This document shows positions 1 to 11,887 of a stretch of DNA of 64,000 nt, one piece after another (position 1 is the stretch's first letter; the number at the start of each line of letters is the position of its first letter). A program made the translations under genes and the position numbers. The stretch is taken from contig NC_092676.1 of the NCBI RefSeq assembly GCF_964355755.1, positions 27,670,871 through 27,734,870 of the forward strand, written 5' to 3'. Under the pieces are notes generated by a model, which worked only from the letters and a program-made list of their open reading frames with translations, made no database searches and had not been told where the DNA came from. This DNA comes from Antedon mediterranea (lineage: Eukaryota > Animalia > Echinodermata).

Positions 1-790
1 ACTGGTTACTGTAGCATAATTGACATGCGCAGAACCCATTATTCGACTCTGCGCATGTTTATTATGCTGTAGTAACCATTTATGTCAAAAAATAAAAGGG
101 CTGGTTACTATAGCATAACTGACATGCGCAAACCCATTATTCGACTCTGCGCATGTTTATTATGCTATAGTAACCATTTATGTCAAAAAATAAAAGGGTC
201 GAAAATTGCCTATTTTTCGAAAATTTCCCTGTACTGTAGTACAGGGATTTTTTCAGAAAATGGCCAAATTTCGACCTTTTTATTTTTCGATAAAACTGGT
301 TACTATAGCATAATTGACATGCGCAGAGCCCATTATTCGACTCTGCGCATGTTTATTATGCTGTAGTAACCATTTATGTCAAAAAATAAAAGGGCTGGTT
401 ACTATAGCATAATTGACATGCGCAGAGCCCATTATTCGACTCTGCGCATGTTTATTATGCTGTAGTAACCATTTATGTCAAAAAATAAAAGGGTCAAAAA
501 TTGGCAATTTTTCAACAATTTCCAAAATGACCAACATATCGACTTTTTCAAATTCAATTATTATGCAATAATATTGCCATATATGCGCATATATTGCGTT
601 ACAATCAAATTATAGAGTCATAGTAACCAGTTTTGTCGAAAACTAAAAAGGTGAAAATGTGGTCATTTTTCTAAAATGGCCAAAATATTAACTTTTATAA
701 TATTGAGGTAACATGTGCAGTACACATTTTGTGCGTCTACACATGCCAATTTATGATTTAGGAATCAGTTATGTTGTAAAATAAAAGGGT
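1..790. repeat. Modular foldback repeat: ~99-bp self-complementary units plus palindromic spacers, decaying to the right, truncated by the window start
   Basis: The unit ctggttactatagcataattgacatgcgcagag..ctctgcgcatgtttattatgctgtagtaacca starts at ~2, 101, 296 and 394, and each unit is an imperfect hairpin. The spacer 199-295 is a palindrome centred on ccctgtac-tgta-gtacaggg. Confidence 0.8.
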
Positions 791-1210
791 AAAAATGTTT
801 CATTACCGTATGGTGTATTTATAAACTCTGTTTAATTTCAATAATATATACACAGAAACAGTAAGGCTATACATATATACAAATCAATAAAATAAAAACA
901 AAATTTACCAAGCAAGCAACATCCTACAATCATTAAACTAAAAACATCATTTGAATAAAAATAAACAATTACGTACAGAAACAAAATAAGTGCGGTGGTT
1001 TTATGTACCCCGTCCGCATGATCATGTATGTTATCACCCAAACATACCCTACACTAAATTCATGTTTAATGCTTTGTTCACACTATCAAACTTGTATGTG
1101 TCTCTTGTATGGAGAAAAACAATTTGTATTTGCTTGGTTCTATTGTACCCTTAAACTTTTGCTTTGTTGCATTAACTAGGAATAAATGCACGATGCTTTC
1201 CAAAATAGAT

Positions 1211-1378
1211 AAGCGTGGTTCCCACTAGCGACGCAACGCAAGGACGTAACGCAACGGAAGTGAATTGACCAATCACAAGCGATGGCTTATTCGCTTGTGA
1301 TTGCTAACTGTCTATAACTTCGCTTGTCATTGGTTAAAACGCTTGCGTTGCGTTTACGTTCTAGTGGGAACCAAGCTT
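1211..1378. mobile_element. Palindromic MITE family B (TIR AAGCTTGGTTCCCACTAG)
   Basis: Ends aagcgtggttcccactag...ctagtgggaaccaagctt with mirrored acgcaacgcaa motifs. Other copies at ~11238-11386, 11422-11590, 11927-12070, 16141-16280, 36390-36625. Confidence 0.85.
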
Positions 1379-1421
1379 TAGATATGATAGAAAAGTATAA
1401 TAGACAAAACTATATTTATTG

Positions 1422-4400
1422 TCAAGTAGTGAATTGGACATCTTCCATGTAGTCAAAGTTTCCTCCCTGACTCAACTGGGATGCGGTTCGATCTGCTGTT
1501 AAATCATCAAACTAAAACAAAAACATAGGTATTACTTACTTTAAAGATATCTATGGACCAGTGGGTCAACCCGCCTAGTGTGGACCAGTAGGCCAACTCT
1601 CCTAGTATGGACCACTAGGTCAACTCGCCTAAGGGTGTGTGGTGCAGTTGGACGTTCAACTACTGGTTAGATCAAGACAACTTTGCCCTGATTACTAGCT
1701 GCATTATGGGAGTATGTTTCCATACATGTTTGATCTAAAAAAATTACTGGGGTAATAATGTTCAGCGCTTTGAGGTTTCACAACATTAGGCGCTATATAA
1801 ATCCAGGATATTATTATTATATTATTACTCTCCTAGTACCCACTGGTCCCTAGCATACTAAAGAGCTTGTGCAACCCATCATTTGTGTATAGTTATCCAT
1901 ATCTGAATACGTATATTATGTTAATTTGTAGCAATATCCTTATTACATATTAATGCACACAATTTAATAACAATAATAACTTACCTTTTCCTGACTGCTA
2001 TTAAAAAAGTCAATATCGTCGCCCGATACATCTTCTGGTACCTCTAAGTCCTCAATGATACTGTTCGCCTCGGAGCTTTTGTAGCTTCTAGGACCTCCAT
2101 GACTTTGTGACTGACTTCGGCTACCTTGAGAGCTAAGTCCAAAAAATCACACAATTACTTCTTAAGGCACAGACGAGTAATGGTAAGTGTAAAACAATGT
2201 AGCTTGTTCCACATAGAATCTGTATCTATCCTGAGCGGAAATCTCCCATCCGCTCTGTGTTGTGTGCAAATGGTCATAAGAAATATAAAATAGATTATAT
2301 ATTTTAATTATCAAAAACCGCCCATCCGCTCCGTGTTGTGTGTAAATGGTCATAAGAAATATAAAATAGATTATATATTTTAATTATCAAAAACCGCCCA
2401 TCCGCTCCGTGTTGTGTGTAAATGGTCATAAGGAATATAAAATAGATTCTATATTTTAATTATCAAAAACCGCCCATCCGCTCCGTGTTGTGTGTAAATG
2501 GTCATAAGAAATATAAAATAGATTCTATATTTTAATTATCAAAAACCGCCCATCCGCTCCGTGTTGTGTGTAAATGGTCATAAGAAATATAAAATAGATT
2601 CTATATTTTAATTATCAAAAACCGCCCATCCGCTCCGTGTTGTGTGTAAATGGTCATAAGAAATATAAAATAGATTCTATATTTTAATTATCAAAAACCG
2701 CCCATCCGCTCCGTGTTGTGTGTAAATGGTCATAAGAAATATAAAATAGATTCTATATTTTAATTATCAAAAACCGCCCATCCACTCCCTGTTGTGTGTA
2801 AATGGTCATAAGAAATATAAAATAGATTATATATTTTAATTATCAAAAACCGCCCATCCACTCCGTGTTGTGTGTTAATGGTCATAAGGAATATAAAATA
2901 GATTCTATATTTTAATTATCAAAAACCGCCCATCCACTCCCTGTTGTGTGTAAATGGTCATAAGAAATATAAAATAGATTATATATTTTAACTATCAAAA
3001 ACCGCCCATCCACTCCGTGTTGTGTGTTAATGGTCATAAGAAATATAAAATAGATTCTATATTTTAATTATCAAAAACCGCCCATCCACTCCGTGTTGTG
3101 TGTAAATGGTCATAAGGAATATAAAATAGATTCTATATTTTAATTATCAAAAACCGCCCATCCGCTCCGTGTTGTGTGTAAATGGTCATAAGAAATATAA
3201 AATAGATTCTATATTTTAATTATCAAAAACCGCCCATCCACTCCGTGTTGTGTGTAAATGGTCATAAGGAATATAAAATAGATTCTATATTTTAATTATC
3301 AAAAACCGCCCATCCGCTCCGTGTTGTGTGTAAATGGTCATAAGAAATATAAAATAGATTCTATATTTTAATTATCAAAAACCGCCCATCCACTCCGTGT
3401 TGTGTGTAAATGGTCATAAGGAATATAAAATAGATTCTATATTTTAATTATCAAAAACCGCCCATCCGCTCCGTGTTGTGTGTAAATGGTCATAAGGAAT
3501 ATAACATAACTATATTTTTATTATTGTTACCGCTCGTTTGTCTAGATTGGCCTTCAAAGTATGTATAGAAAGAATATTACAGTATTTAACATTTCACAGA
3601 TTTCAATTAACAGAATTGTTTTCCCTATTTCTACAAATTGGTAGATGATGTAATGGAACTCCACACAATGCCAAGTGGATGAGTGAGAGATAAAATTGCA
3701 AATTACCTTTGAAAATCATCTTCATAATCGTCGTCATCATAATCTTCTTCATGTGAATCGTCTTTACTTGTGTAACTAAGTTTACCAATCTCTTTATTGA
3801 TATCATCAAGATCTTTCCAATCTTGACTGGATGCACCTACAATAAATTTTGAGGCATAGAAATTTAGATCTAAAGTTGCGAAAACACACCTAGCATGACA
3901 ATAAGTATTCCTAATGTATGACTGTCACTAACCTAATGAAAGCACTCAGAAACTGAGTGAAGTACTTGGCAAAATATTTCCACAGAGGGCGATATTTTCA
4001 GCCAATGTTAAAAGAATACAAATTTTCTTTTTTAATCAAGGTACCAAAGTCTAGGACTCTCTCATCTTCTCCTATTCTATCCGACACTATTGAGTAAAAA
4101 GTGCGATTTAAGTAAAGTACTACTCCTCCATTATTTGGTTTAGTATTGAGCTGGGATTTGGCATGAATATACTACAGGACTCTCTGTCCTCAAAGCTATA
4201 GAGCCGGATATTTAAATTTCAAATCGGATGCAGCCATATGACGTCTCGAAGATGGTACCATATAAACTATTTGATGTGTATATGACGTCACATCACGTCT
4301 TAAGTTATGACGTCATTACAGCTTCTTTTGCTGTACCCCGAGTATCGCACATTTGTGCTTGTTTTTACTTGTGAAGTTATTAATGAACTGATTTTCTTGA

Positions 4401-7400
4401 AATTCAATAGGCATGTAAGTATATACCTATTTACACCAAAAAATTCAGAATGAAAATTTCTAAATTGTAGGTGCTAACAAACCAACAAAGCAAGTACTAT
4501 ACTTGGAAAAATTCTATTTTGACAAGTAATATGGTAATAATAACAAATAAAGAAACATTACCTTTGTTTGCCCCTAATCCAGGTAATGGAGGAGCCCCTG
4601 TCAAGGAGCCCATACCACTGCCACCAATAGGAGGAGCATTGCCAAGAGAGGATAGTCCATTTGCTTTAGAGGTGGGGCTAGTTGCTGGTGATAATGGGGG
4701 ACTGTTTTTCTTCTTGGGTTTAGGAATACTGTGGAAAATAAATAAGAAAATGTTTATTTAAAATTCTGAAAAAAGAGGTTGGGACTGCAGGAAATCCATG
4801 AGCACTTGCCTTACCTGGTGGGTTTAGAATGTCTAGGAGAGGTGTCAAAAAATGAGTCATCATCATCATCACTTCCAAGACTTGCGCCAGATAGGGATCT
4901 AGATTTGGAACCGTTAAACCTTTGACCTGTTATGCCATCATTTCGGTCGGTGGTGTCCTTAAATTCATCATCCTTTTAAAGAAATAAGATAATATTCTAA
5001 ATAAAGCTCTAATCAGTGTTAAATTAAAGTCAAACGAAGTAAAATTAAGTTAAAATATACTTAAGTCAAACTAAGTTAAAATATACTTAAGTCAAACTAA
5101 GTTAAAATATACTTAAGTCAAACTAAGTTAAAATATACTTAAGTCAAACTAAGTTAAAATTTACTTAAGTCAAACTAAGTTAAAATATACTTAAGTCAAA
5201 CTAAGTTAAAATTTACTCACAAAATGGCCTGTCTTTATTGAACCAATAGCAGATTTTGGTTGAGATCCTGTTAAGATATCAGACACATCATGTGCAACTA
5301 CACTCTTACAATGAATGAACAGTCGTTTGTACATCCCTAAAAACTCTTCAAAATCTATACCTACAAAAATAATATCAAAATAAATAAGAAAATAGATAAT
5401 ATAGTAATAAATACAAATTCTATAAACAATTATGATAGAAAACAATTATAACATCTACAAGAAATTAAACCAACATTTTAAAAATTAAATTAGCACTAAA
5501 TTAATGTTGTATTTACCACTACTGAAATCCTGGTCAACCGATTTAAACTCATCATTTACATATCTTTCTAACATATTCCTGGGAAAAAAAAGAAGAAAAT
5601 GTCAATCCGCTGAAACATGTTCAGATTAAATTAAAATTTGTTAGCGAGATTTATTGATTTATTTGTTTACAACTTACCGGTGAAAATGAGGAAATATGTC
5701 TACAAAAAGGCTTCTTAATTCATCTTTATCTATAATACCATTTTTATCCTAAAAAAATTATACAAAATAACAAATAATACAAAGATATTGAAATGCTAAA
5801 ATATTAATTGATGGAAATACTTTTTGCTTTTGGGAATGTTTTGTGGCCAATAAATTGTATGCATATAATTAATAATCAAAAATACAAATAAAGAAAAAAC
5901 TCAGTTTTTAAAAAACATTCAAATTAATGTTATAATTACCATATCATAATTATCAAATTTGATCCTTGCATCTGATATCTGTTTTGATGTCAAATCCTAA
6001 GGACGATAAAATAAAGCATAGTATGAAATTGTTTTTATTGCTTTTTTGTGTAGAAATTCTATAAAATCCCAATTTTGGACGGGGAAAACCACACTTTTCT
6101 TGAGGTTCCAAATTCTTTTTTATAAGAATCTAAGAATACCAGAATCTCTAGAGAACCAGACATATTAAGACTGCCCAAGGGTGGGAGGGGAGTGGGTGTG
6201 GCAGGGGAGGGGGGTGTGGGAGGGGAGTGGAAGAGTGTTAGTTATTGACAATAATTTTCATGCAATGTATAGTATATGTGTGATTTATATCGTGCATTAG
6301 ACAAACTATAAACAGTGATACTTGAATCATAACGTGTATGCTATATATAAAATGCACTATATCTCAATCCAATAGCATATTACTGATGAATTACAGTGGA
6401 GTAAACAACACAAAGGGTCTAATGGAAAAGCACTTTCACTATATTCAAACAACCACAAATGATATAATTGGAAATGAAAAAAAAAAAAAAATCATGAAAA
6501 ATGAATCATTCTTTTTTAGCATTACATATCTAAGAATATCAGCATTTCTAGGAAACCATGCGGTATTTAAACCCCAAATGATAATAATTAAAAATGGAAA
6601 AAAAAACAATGAAAAACGAATCAGATTTATTGATACATGTAAATGATAATACCATATTACCTTAGGTAGAACGATTTCCTATGAACATTAATAAAAAAAA
6701 AGTAATAGTGAAAAGAAAAATTCTGGAAAAAATAAATCATGTTTTTCATTTATTTCAAAGTTTATATTACAGTATTATTAATCGAATAAATGCCCCACTT
6801 TGAATAAAGACCTACCCCAAATAAACACCCCACTTTAAATAAAAACCTACTCCGAATAAAGGCCTCCCTCGAATAAACGCCCCTGAACAATCTAGGGCGT
6901 AATTTTAATAAATACGGTAGTTGTAAAAGTAAAGGCATAGTAGTGGATATAAACTCACCTTGGTATTTGTGCTTTCTCCTTTAGCTCTAGTTGGGTTGTC
7001 TCCACCTCCAGATACTTTCCTTAACAACTCACATATTAAAGGTCGAGGTCTACTCTTTTCACTATCTTTAATATTCAGTTCTTTTGCTAAGTTTTCTCTG
7101 CCTTCATATTTGTCCGACTGAAAAGTAAATAAAATACAGAATTGTTTTTAAATCAAACAACATGTTTCAAAAAATATATATAGATATATTGTCCCCCTAA
7201 AAAAATATTTAAAAAAAATGTTATTGTTGAATATGTCATTTTAATATATCACATATGGTAGTTTATTCACTTTGACCAAAAATTGGATCGAAAAAAAAAA
7301 TTGTTTACCTGTTTAAAATGTAATTTAAAACAAAACATACCTAAATGGTTTTTTGTTACAATTAACAGTTTTGTTTGTCTTTTCATAAGTGAAATAATTA

Positions 7401-8367
7401 TTTGTTTGGATTTTTTTTCCTACAGAACAATTGAATACATTTTTTGAAACTGCAAAATGGCCTATTCAAAGGCTAATTTTATTAATATTCATTTTTCATG
7501 TTTTGGGTGAAGAATACATCTTTAAATGTTTGAGATGCTGAGGGTAATAAAGACTGTAACGTATTGCAAGAATATGATATACAATGGTACTTACAAAATT
7601 TGTCTCTGGATTAAATACGGCCACGGTAAAATCAAGGTTGAAGTAATCAAGGAATTCATAAACAAGAGCAGCAGTTGTTTGGCCTAAAAAAGCACGACAT
7701 TTATAATAAAATTTAAATGAAAAATATTTAATACAGATCAACTTTGTAGCTGAAAAAAAAATAGAATTAGGCCTATTAGTATTATTAGTTTGGTATCAGG
7801 CCTTTTGGGTATACAGTACGCTAGCCTAGTATACCATGCCTACTGGTATTTGCAATCATGTTTTATTAATAATTATATTATTATTGTATTTATTAATATT
7901 AGGACTAGGCCTATACCTTCTTTTGACGAAAGAAATGTCTTTAATTCTTGGTTAACAAAAGGAGTCTTGTTGTGAACCTTATCTTGTTCTTCCAAAGCAA
8001 GGAACACACTAGCTCGTATTTCTGCCTAAATGTAAAAAAAAAAGATAAATTATATGTTAAATGCAATTACAATTGATAACGGATACATTCAAAATCTAAT
8101 TATCGATTTACACAGTACGAACTGTCCAGGAATATGACAGCAGTGAGAGTAATCCATCTTGAATACGTTGTCATGATGCTCCTTTTCTACGCCTAGCCTA
8201 CAGTTACACCTTGTGTCATAGACAATTGACCATTATATCACAATAATACACACATTAACTACAATCCGACCTAAAATATATGTTACCCTTATTTTGCCCA
8301 AAACACCATTGTTTTCCAATGTTTGGGCAACCAAATCTCTCAATTCCGTATCTTCGTCGGCAGACAT
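1422..8367 (-). CDS. CEP43: Centrosomal protein CEP43 / FGFR1 oncogene partner (FOP) orthologue, ~492 aa, 14 exons, with internal EF-hand pair
   Basis: Exons (minus): 8367-8287, 8025-7917, 7683-7595, 7117-6959, 6678-6661, 5996-5940, 5748-5678, 5578-5517, 5360-5221, 4972-4815, 4728-4562, 3836-3707, 2132-1985, 1511-1422. All are GT-AG and phase-consistent (1479 nt including stop). The N-terminus MSADEDTELRDLVAQTLENNGVLGKIRAEIRASVFLALEEQDKV..LVYEFLDYFNLDFTVAVFNPET is the FOP/TON1 LisH dimerisation domain. DSFFD, LSSLGNAP and the C-terminal FDDLTADRTASQLS..DYMEDV also match FOP. Confidence 0.92.
1630..1828 (+). mobile_element. SINE/LINE 3' remnant with L2-like tail
   Basis: Ends in gcgctttgag..gcgctatataaat..(att)n. 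A similar tail is at 36448-36500. Confidence 0.5.
2164..3556. mobile_element. MITE family C containing a ~17-copy 76-bp minisatellite (array ~2244-3505)
   Basis: The ends cacagacgag... and ...ctcgtttgtctagattggcctt match the unexpanded copy at 28598-28804 and the reverse partial copy at 35700-35850. The 76-bp period was measured from aaaccgcccatcc. Confidence 0.85.
5047..5212. repeat. 26-bp minisatellite, ~6 copies
   Basis: Unit aagttaaaatatacttaagtcaaact; adjacent to a CEP43 splice donor at 5220. Confidence 0.9.
6768..6920. mobile_element. Tc1/mariner-pogo-like MITE remnant
   Basis: tacagtatt...aatacggta ends with internal gaataaa-gccc repeats. Confidence 0.55.
7180..7526. mobile_element. 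~300-bp non-autonomous DNA transposon family E (TTAA-flanked, Kolobok-like)
   Basis: Ends agatatattgtcccc...gaatacatctttaa. Homologous copies at ~19684-19980 and, reversed, ~29205-29472. The superfamily call rests only on the TTAA flank and AG..CT ends. Confidence 0.7.
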
Positions 8368-9014
8368 TTTGAATCGACAAAAGAAACTAAAAAGGAAATT
8401 AATTTGATCTGCTGCCCACTTGCGGTTAGTATTATCAAGCGTATTTTCAGTATTATAGCCGGGTATTATTGGATCTAGTAAAAAAAATTATATATTGTAC
8501 TAGAACTATTATTGTATTGTAACATCTTACAACAATGACTAAATGCATACTGAGCAGGCGGACACGCTTAATGAATACTTGCCTGGTTAGTTGTATTGTC
8601 GTAAGCCTACATTCACCGACCTGAAGGCAAGAGGCAAGGAAAAGGTAAATACTGCACATTGTAAGTACCGTAATGGTAAATGGTATAGTGAGATTCGAAC
8701 CTTGCACGTATGTGTAGATAAGACTTCAGCGATTAAAAGTTAGATTTTAACGAATGAAACGAAACATTGATGTGTCGAGGCCGGTCACGTATTTTTTTAA
8801 TTAAAATGTGGTGTGAAGTTTGATTAAATTGTAAGTACCGTAATTGTAAATGGTATAGTGAGATTCGAACTTTGCACGTATGTGTAGATAAGACTTCAAC
8901 GATTAAAAGTTAGATTTTAACGAATGAAACGAAACATTGATGTGTCGAGGCCGGTCACGTATTCTTTTAATTAAAATGTTATTACATTTCTCTATAGTAT
9001 TACGTCACCGTCAG
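8368..9014. promoter_or_regulatory. Probable bidirectional promoter between CEP43 and NAGPA, containing a 170-bp-period direct duplication (8659-8809 / 8829-8979)
   Basis: The divergent start codons are ~650 bp apart; the duplicated block is read directly from the sequence. Confidence 0.65.
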
Positions 9015-11887
9015 ATGGATAGCAGATTCGTTGTATTATATATATTTTGTTGCTACGTCAGGTGTACAGATGATATAGGGTAGGTATACTATCTATCAGT
9101 ATGTGACAAAAAATTGTGATGTGCCCATATATGGACATGATGATGTCATATCACTACCATATTTGGGCATATCACTACCATATTTGGGCATATCACTACC
9201 ATATTGGGGAACTTTTTTTGTCAAACTAGTTTGATAGTGTAGACAGAGATTTAGTCCTTTATTCGTTTCTTATTCTTCGACACGCACGAAGTGAGACAGA
9301 CAGATCATAAAAGTGATGCGTTCGATAGTGACGATACATGCGCGCGTACTTGTGAGTGATTCTTCCTGGCAGCTAATTCTTTACCATGTGGACCTTTTTT
9401 TAGAACTTTGTCCACTAAAGATCTGTCTACACTATCAAAATTCAAAAAATTAAATGTGGCCATATAATGGACATGATGTCATATCAATACCATATTAAGG
9501 CATATTACTACCACATATTATTACACTTTTCCTGTCAAACTAGTTTGAAAGTGTAGACAGAGAGCTTAACGCACGTATAATCTATTATTCAATCTCTCAT
9601 TTTTATATTATATAGGGTTGTTCAAACTATAAATTACGTAGGTCGGACGTTACCATCTAGTAACCAAACCATGCCTCAGTGTTCGAAAAAAAAGTCAACC
9701 TCATCATACATATTGTTGCCGTCACATGGCATGACCAGCAACATCACCCATCCAATAACTAAGACAAGATACTTCACTAAAGACTTCTCCAACAACGGTA
9801 CTCGTACTTGCTATGGACGTGTAGCATTCGTGAATAACCCACTCCATACGTTATCCGTATTGGAACCACTAGAACAGGACGGTTGCAAGAATAGAAAAAG
9901 AGCGACCGTTGTAGAATCCTCCAAACAGAAGAGTTGTTTTGTGGCTGTAAATGGCGGTTTTTATGTCCCAGAAACCAATGAGTGCTTGGGAAATATTGTA
10001 AGTGATGGACGACTGGTCAAGATGACCCCTGGACTACGAAACGTACACTTTGGTATCAGACAAGATGGATCGCTTCTATTCGGGTAATTTTCCCGCTCTT
10101 TCATTTTGTTTGTCAGAAACATTCATTAACATGTTTTTGACACATGCGTGGGCGTGCGCGCTTTTATCCATATCATTGTTTGAATGCGCACACAACAATG
10201 TGTCATTGAAATATTAATATAAAATATTGATAATGTTAATGTAAATTTGTAGGTATTTATCGACAGAAGAAATAGAAAATACAAGAAATCCTTTCGTGCA
10301 ATTAATTAGCGGAATTGGCTGGCTATTGAGGAATGGGACCGTGTACTTAGAAGAAAGCAAGAGAATAGAATGCGATTCAGAATGGTCGGGTGAGTTGAGG
10401 CCAACTCTCAGCAGACAACGTTGTACGACGAGGGCCGACAACGAGTCGGCTCGTCGGAAGAAAAGTAAACGTGTTTAAAGTTCTTCCGACGACCTAATAC
10501 CTACGCCCGAGGTATCTCAAGACGACTCGTCTCGTCGGGATTCAGTACCGACGAGTCAAGACGTTTCATCAAGCCTCGTTGTACGACGCTGTTTAAGTCG
10601 GCCTTTAGAAGTAACAAAACCATTGACACAAAGTTTCTACGTACTTCTGCAATATCAAAACTTATTTTACTAATAAGCTTGTTTTGTTTCAGCAAAAGAA
10701 ATTTTTGGGTCAAAATCTGGACGAACAGTTATAGGCAGTGATGTGGATGGGAGGGTTGTGATCGTACAAGTTGACGGAAAGACACACGTATCTGGGTAAT
10801 TCATCACCATACTCATCGTAATTAAAAGGTTTATCGCAAATAGCGTGCGCAACGCATAATGAGGAGGATTTGGAAGCAAGCGTCACGACGCGTACGTACA
10901 TTGTTGTTTGTACGTACGCGTCGTGACGGTTACTCCCAAACCCTTCCCAACATGCATTGTGCGTTGAATTTCTTGCGAAATCAAGCTATTTGCGATAAAC
11001 CATCATATCATTATAATTATCCGTAGCTAGGCCTATCGTCCCGCCTTCCTTTCTAACCTCAGGCCAAAAACTAAGCCAATACATTTAATTATTAACAGGG
11101 TGACGCTAAAGGAAATGGCAAACTTCCTAATAGAACTTGGATTGGTGAATGCTATTAATATAGATGGAGGGGGATCGTCAACGTGCGTCATCAACGGAAC
11201 AGTCGTAAACAATCCGCCAGATAAATGGTTTATATAAAGCTTGGTTCCCACTAAAGACGTAGACGCAACGCAAGCGAGTTGACCAATGACAAGCGACTGT
11301 TCAAATAATCCATCGATGTTGTGATTGATCAAATCACTATACGTTGCGTTACGTCTTTGCGTAGCACCTCTGGTGGGAACCAAGCCTAATCCTATAATTA
11401 TAAGATAAACATTAGGGCCTAAAGTTTGGTTCCCACTAGGACGCAACGCAAATACGTAGACGCAACGCAAACACGTTGACCAATAGCTAACTGTCTATAT
11501 TGCTAACTGTCTATAACTTCGCTTGTCATTGGTTAAAAACGCTTGCGTTGCGTTTACGTCCTTGCGTTACGTTCTAGTGGGAACCAAGCATTACCATCAA
11601 ACAATCAATTTTATGATAGAGCCCCTCCTTTCGGAATAAACCATATTTAGAGGACACGACCTTTAAATAAGGGACACTTTGTTGGGTCCCGAAGGTGTCC
11701 TCTTATTAGAGGTTCTACTGTATTTCTCATTTTCAGTTCCGATCAGCAATATAACTGCATCCGTCCAGTATCAACGATCATCTGTGCGCATGCTCCACGA
11801 TCTCTTCCATCTCAATGCAGCCATGATAGTGACCACTATATACGAGATGTACGCCATTGCCAGGGCAACAATGTATGGAAGCCATGA
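9015..11887 (+). CDS. NAGPA: N-acetylglucosamine-1-phosphodiester alpha-N-acetylglucosaminidase (uncovering enzyme)-like, ~350 aa, C-terminally truncated
   Basis: Exons 9015-9079, 9616-10083, 10253-10389, 10693-10795, 11099-11227, 11737-11887, all phase-consistent. Motifs: NPLHTLSVLEP, AVNGGFY, CLGNIVSDG, FGIRQDGSLLFGYLS, PFVQLISGIGWLLRNG, RTVIG, NAINIDGGGSST, CIRPVSTIICAH. Exon 1 is signal-peptide-like; an alternative in-frame ATG lies near 8976. Confidence 0.85.
10397..10605. mobile_element. CpG-rich MITE with aggcc(a/g)act TIRs
   Basis: aggccaactc...aagtcggcct with internal mirrored cgacgag motifs; begins a few bp inside NAGPA intron 3. Confidence 0.6.
10828..11001. mobile_element. MITE with perfect 17-bp TIR and an internal 20-bp perfect hairpin
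   Basis: TIR ggtttatcgcaaatagc / gctatttgcgataaacc; internal cgtcacgacgcgtacgtaca-8 nt-tgtacgtacgcgtcgtgacg (10881-10928). Confidence 0.8.

Noticed and set aside
4471-4761. Plus-strand proline/glycine-rich ORF
   Set aside because: Antisense shadow of CEP43 exon 4728-4562.
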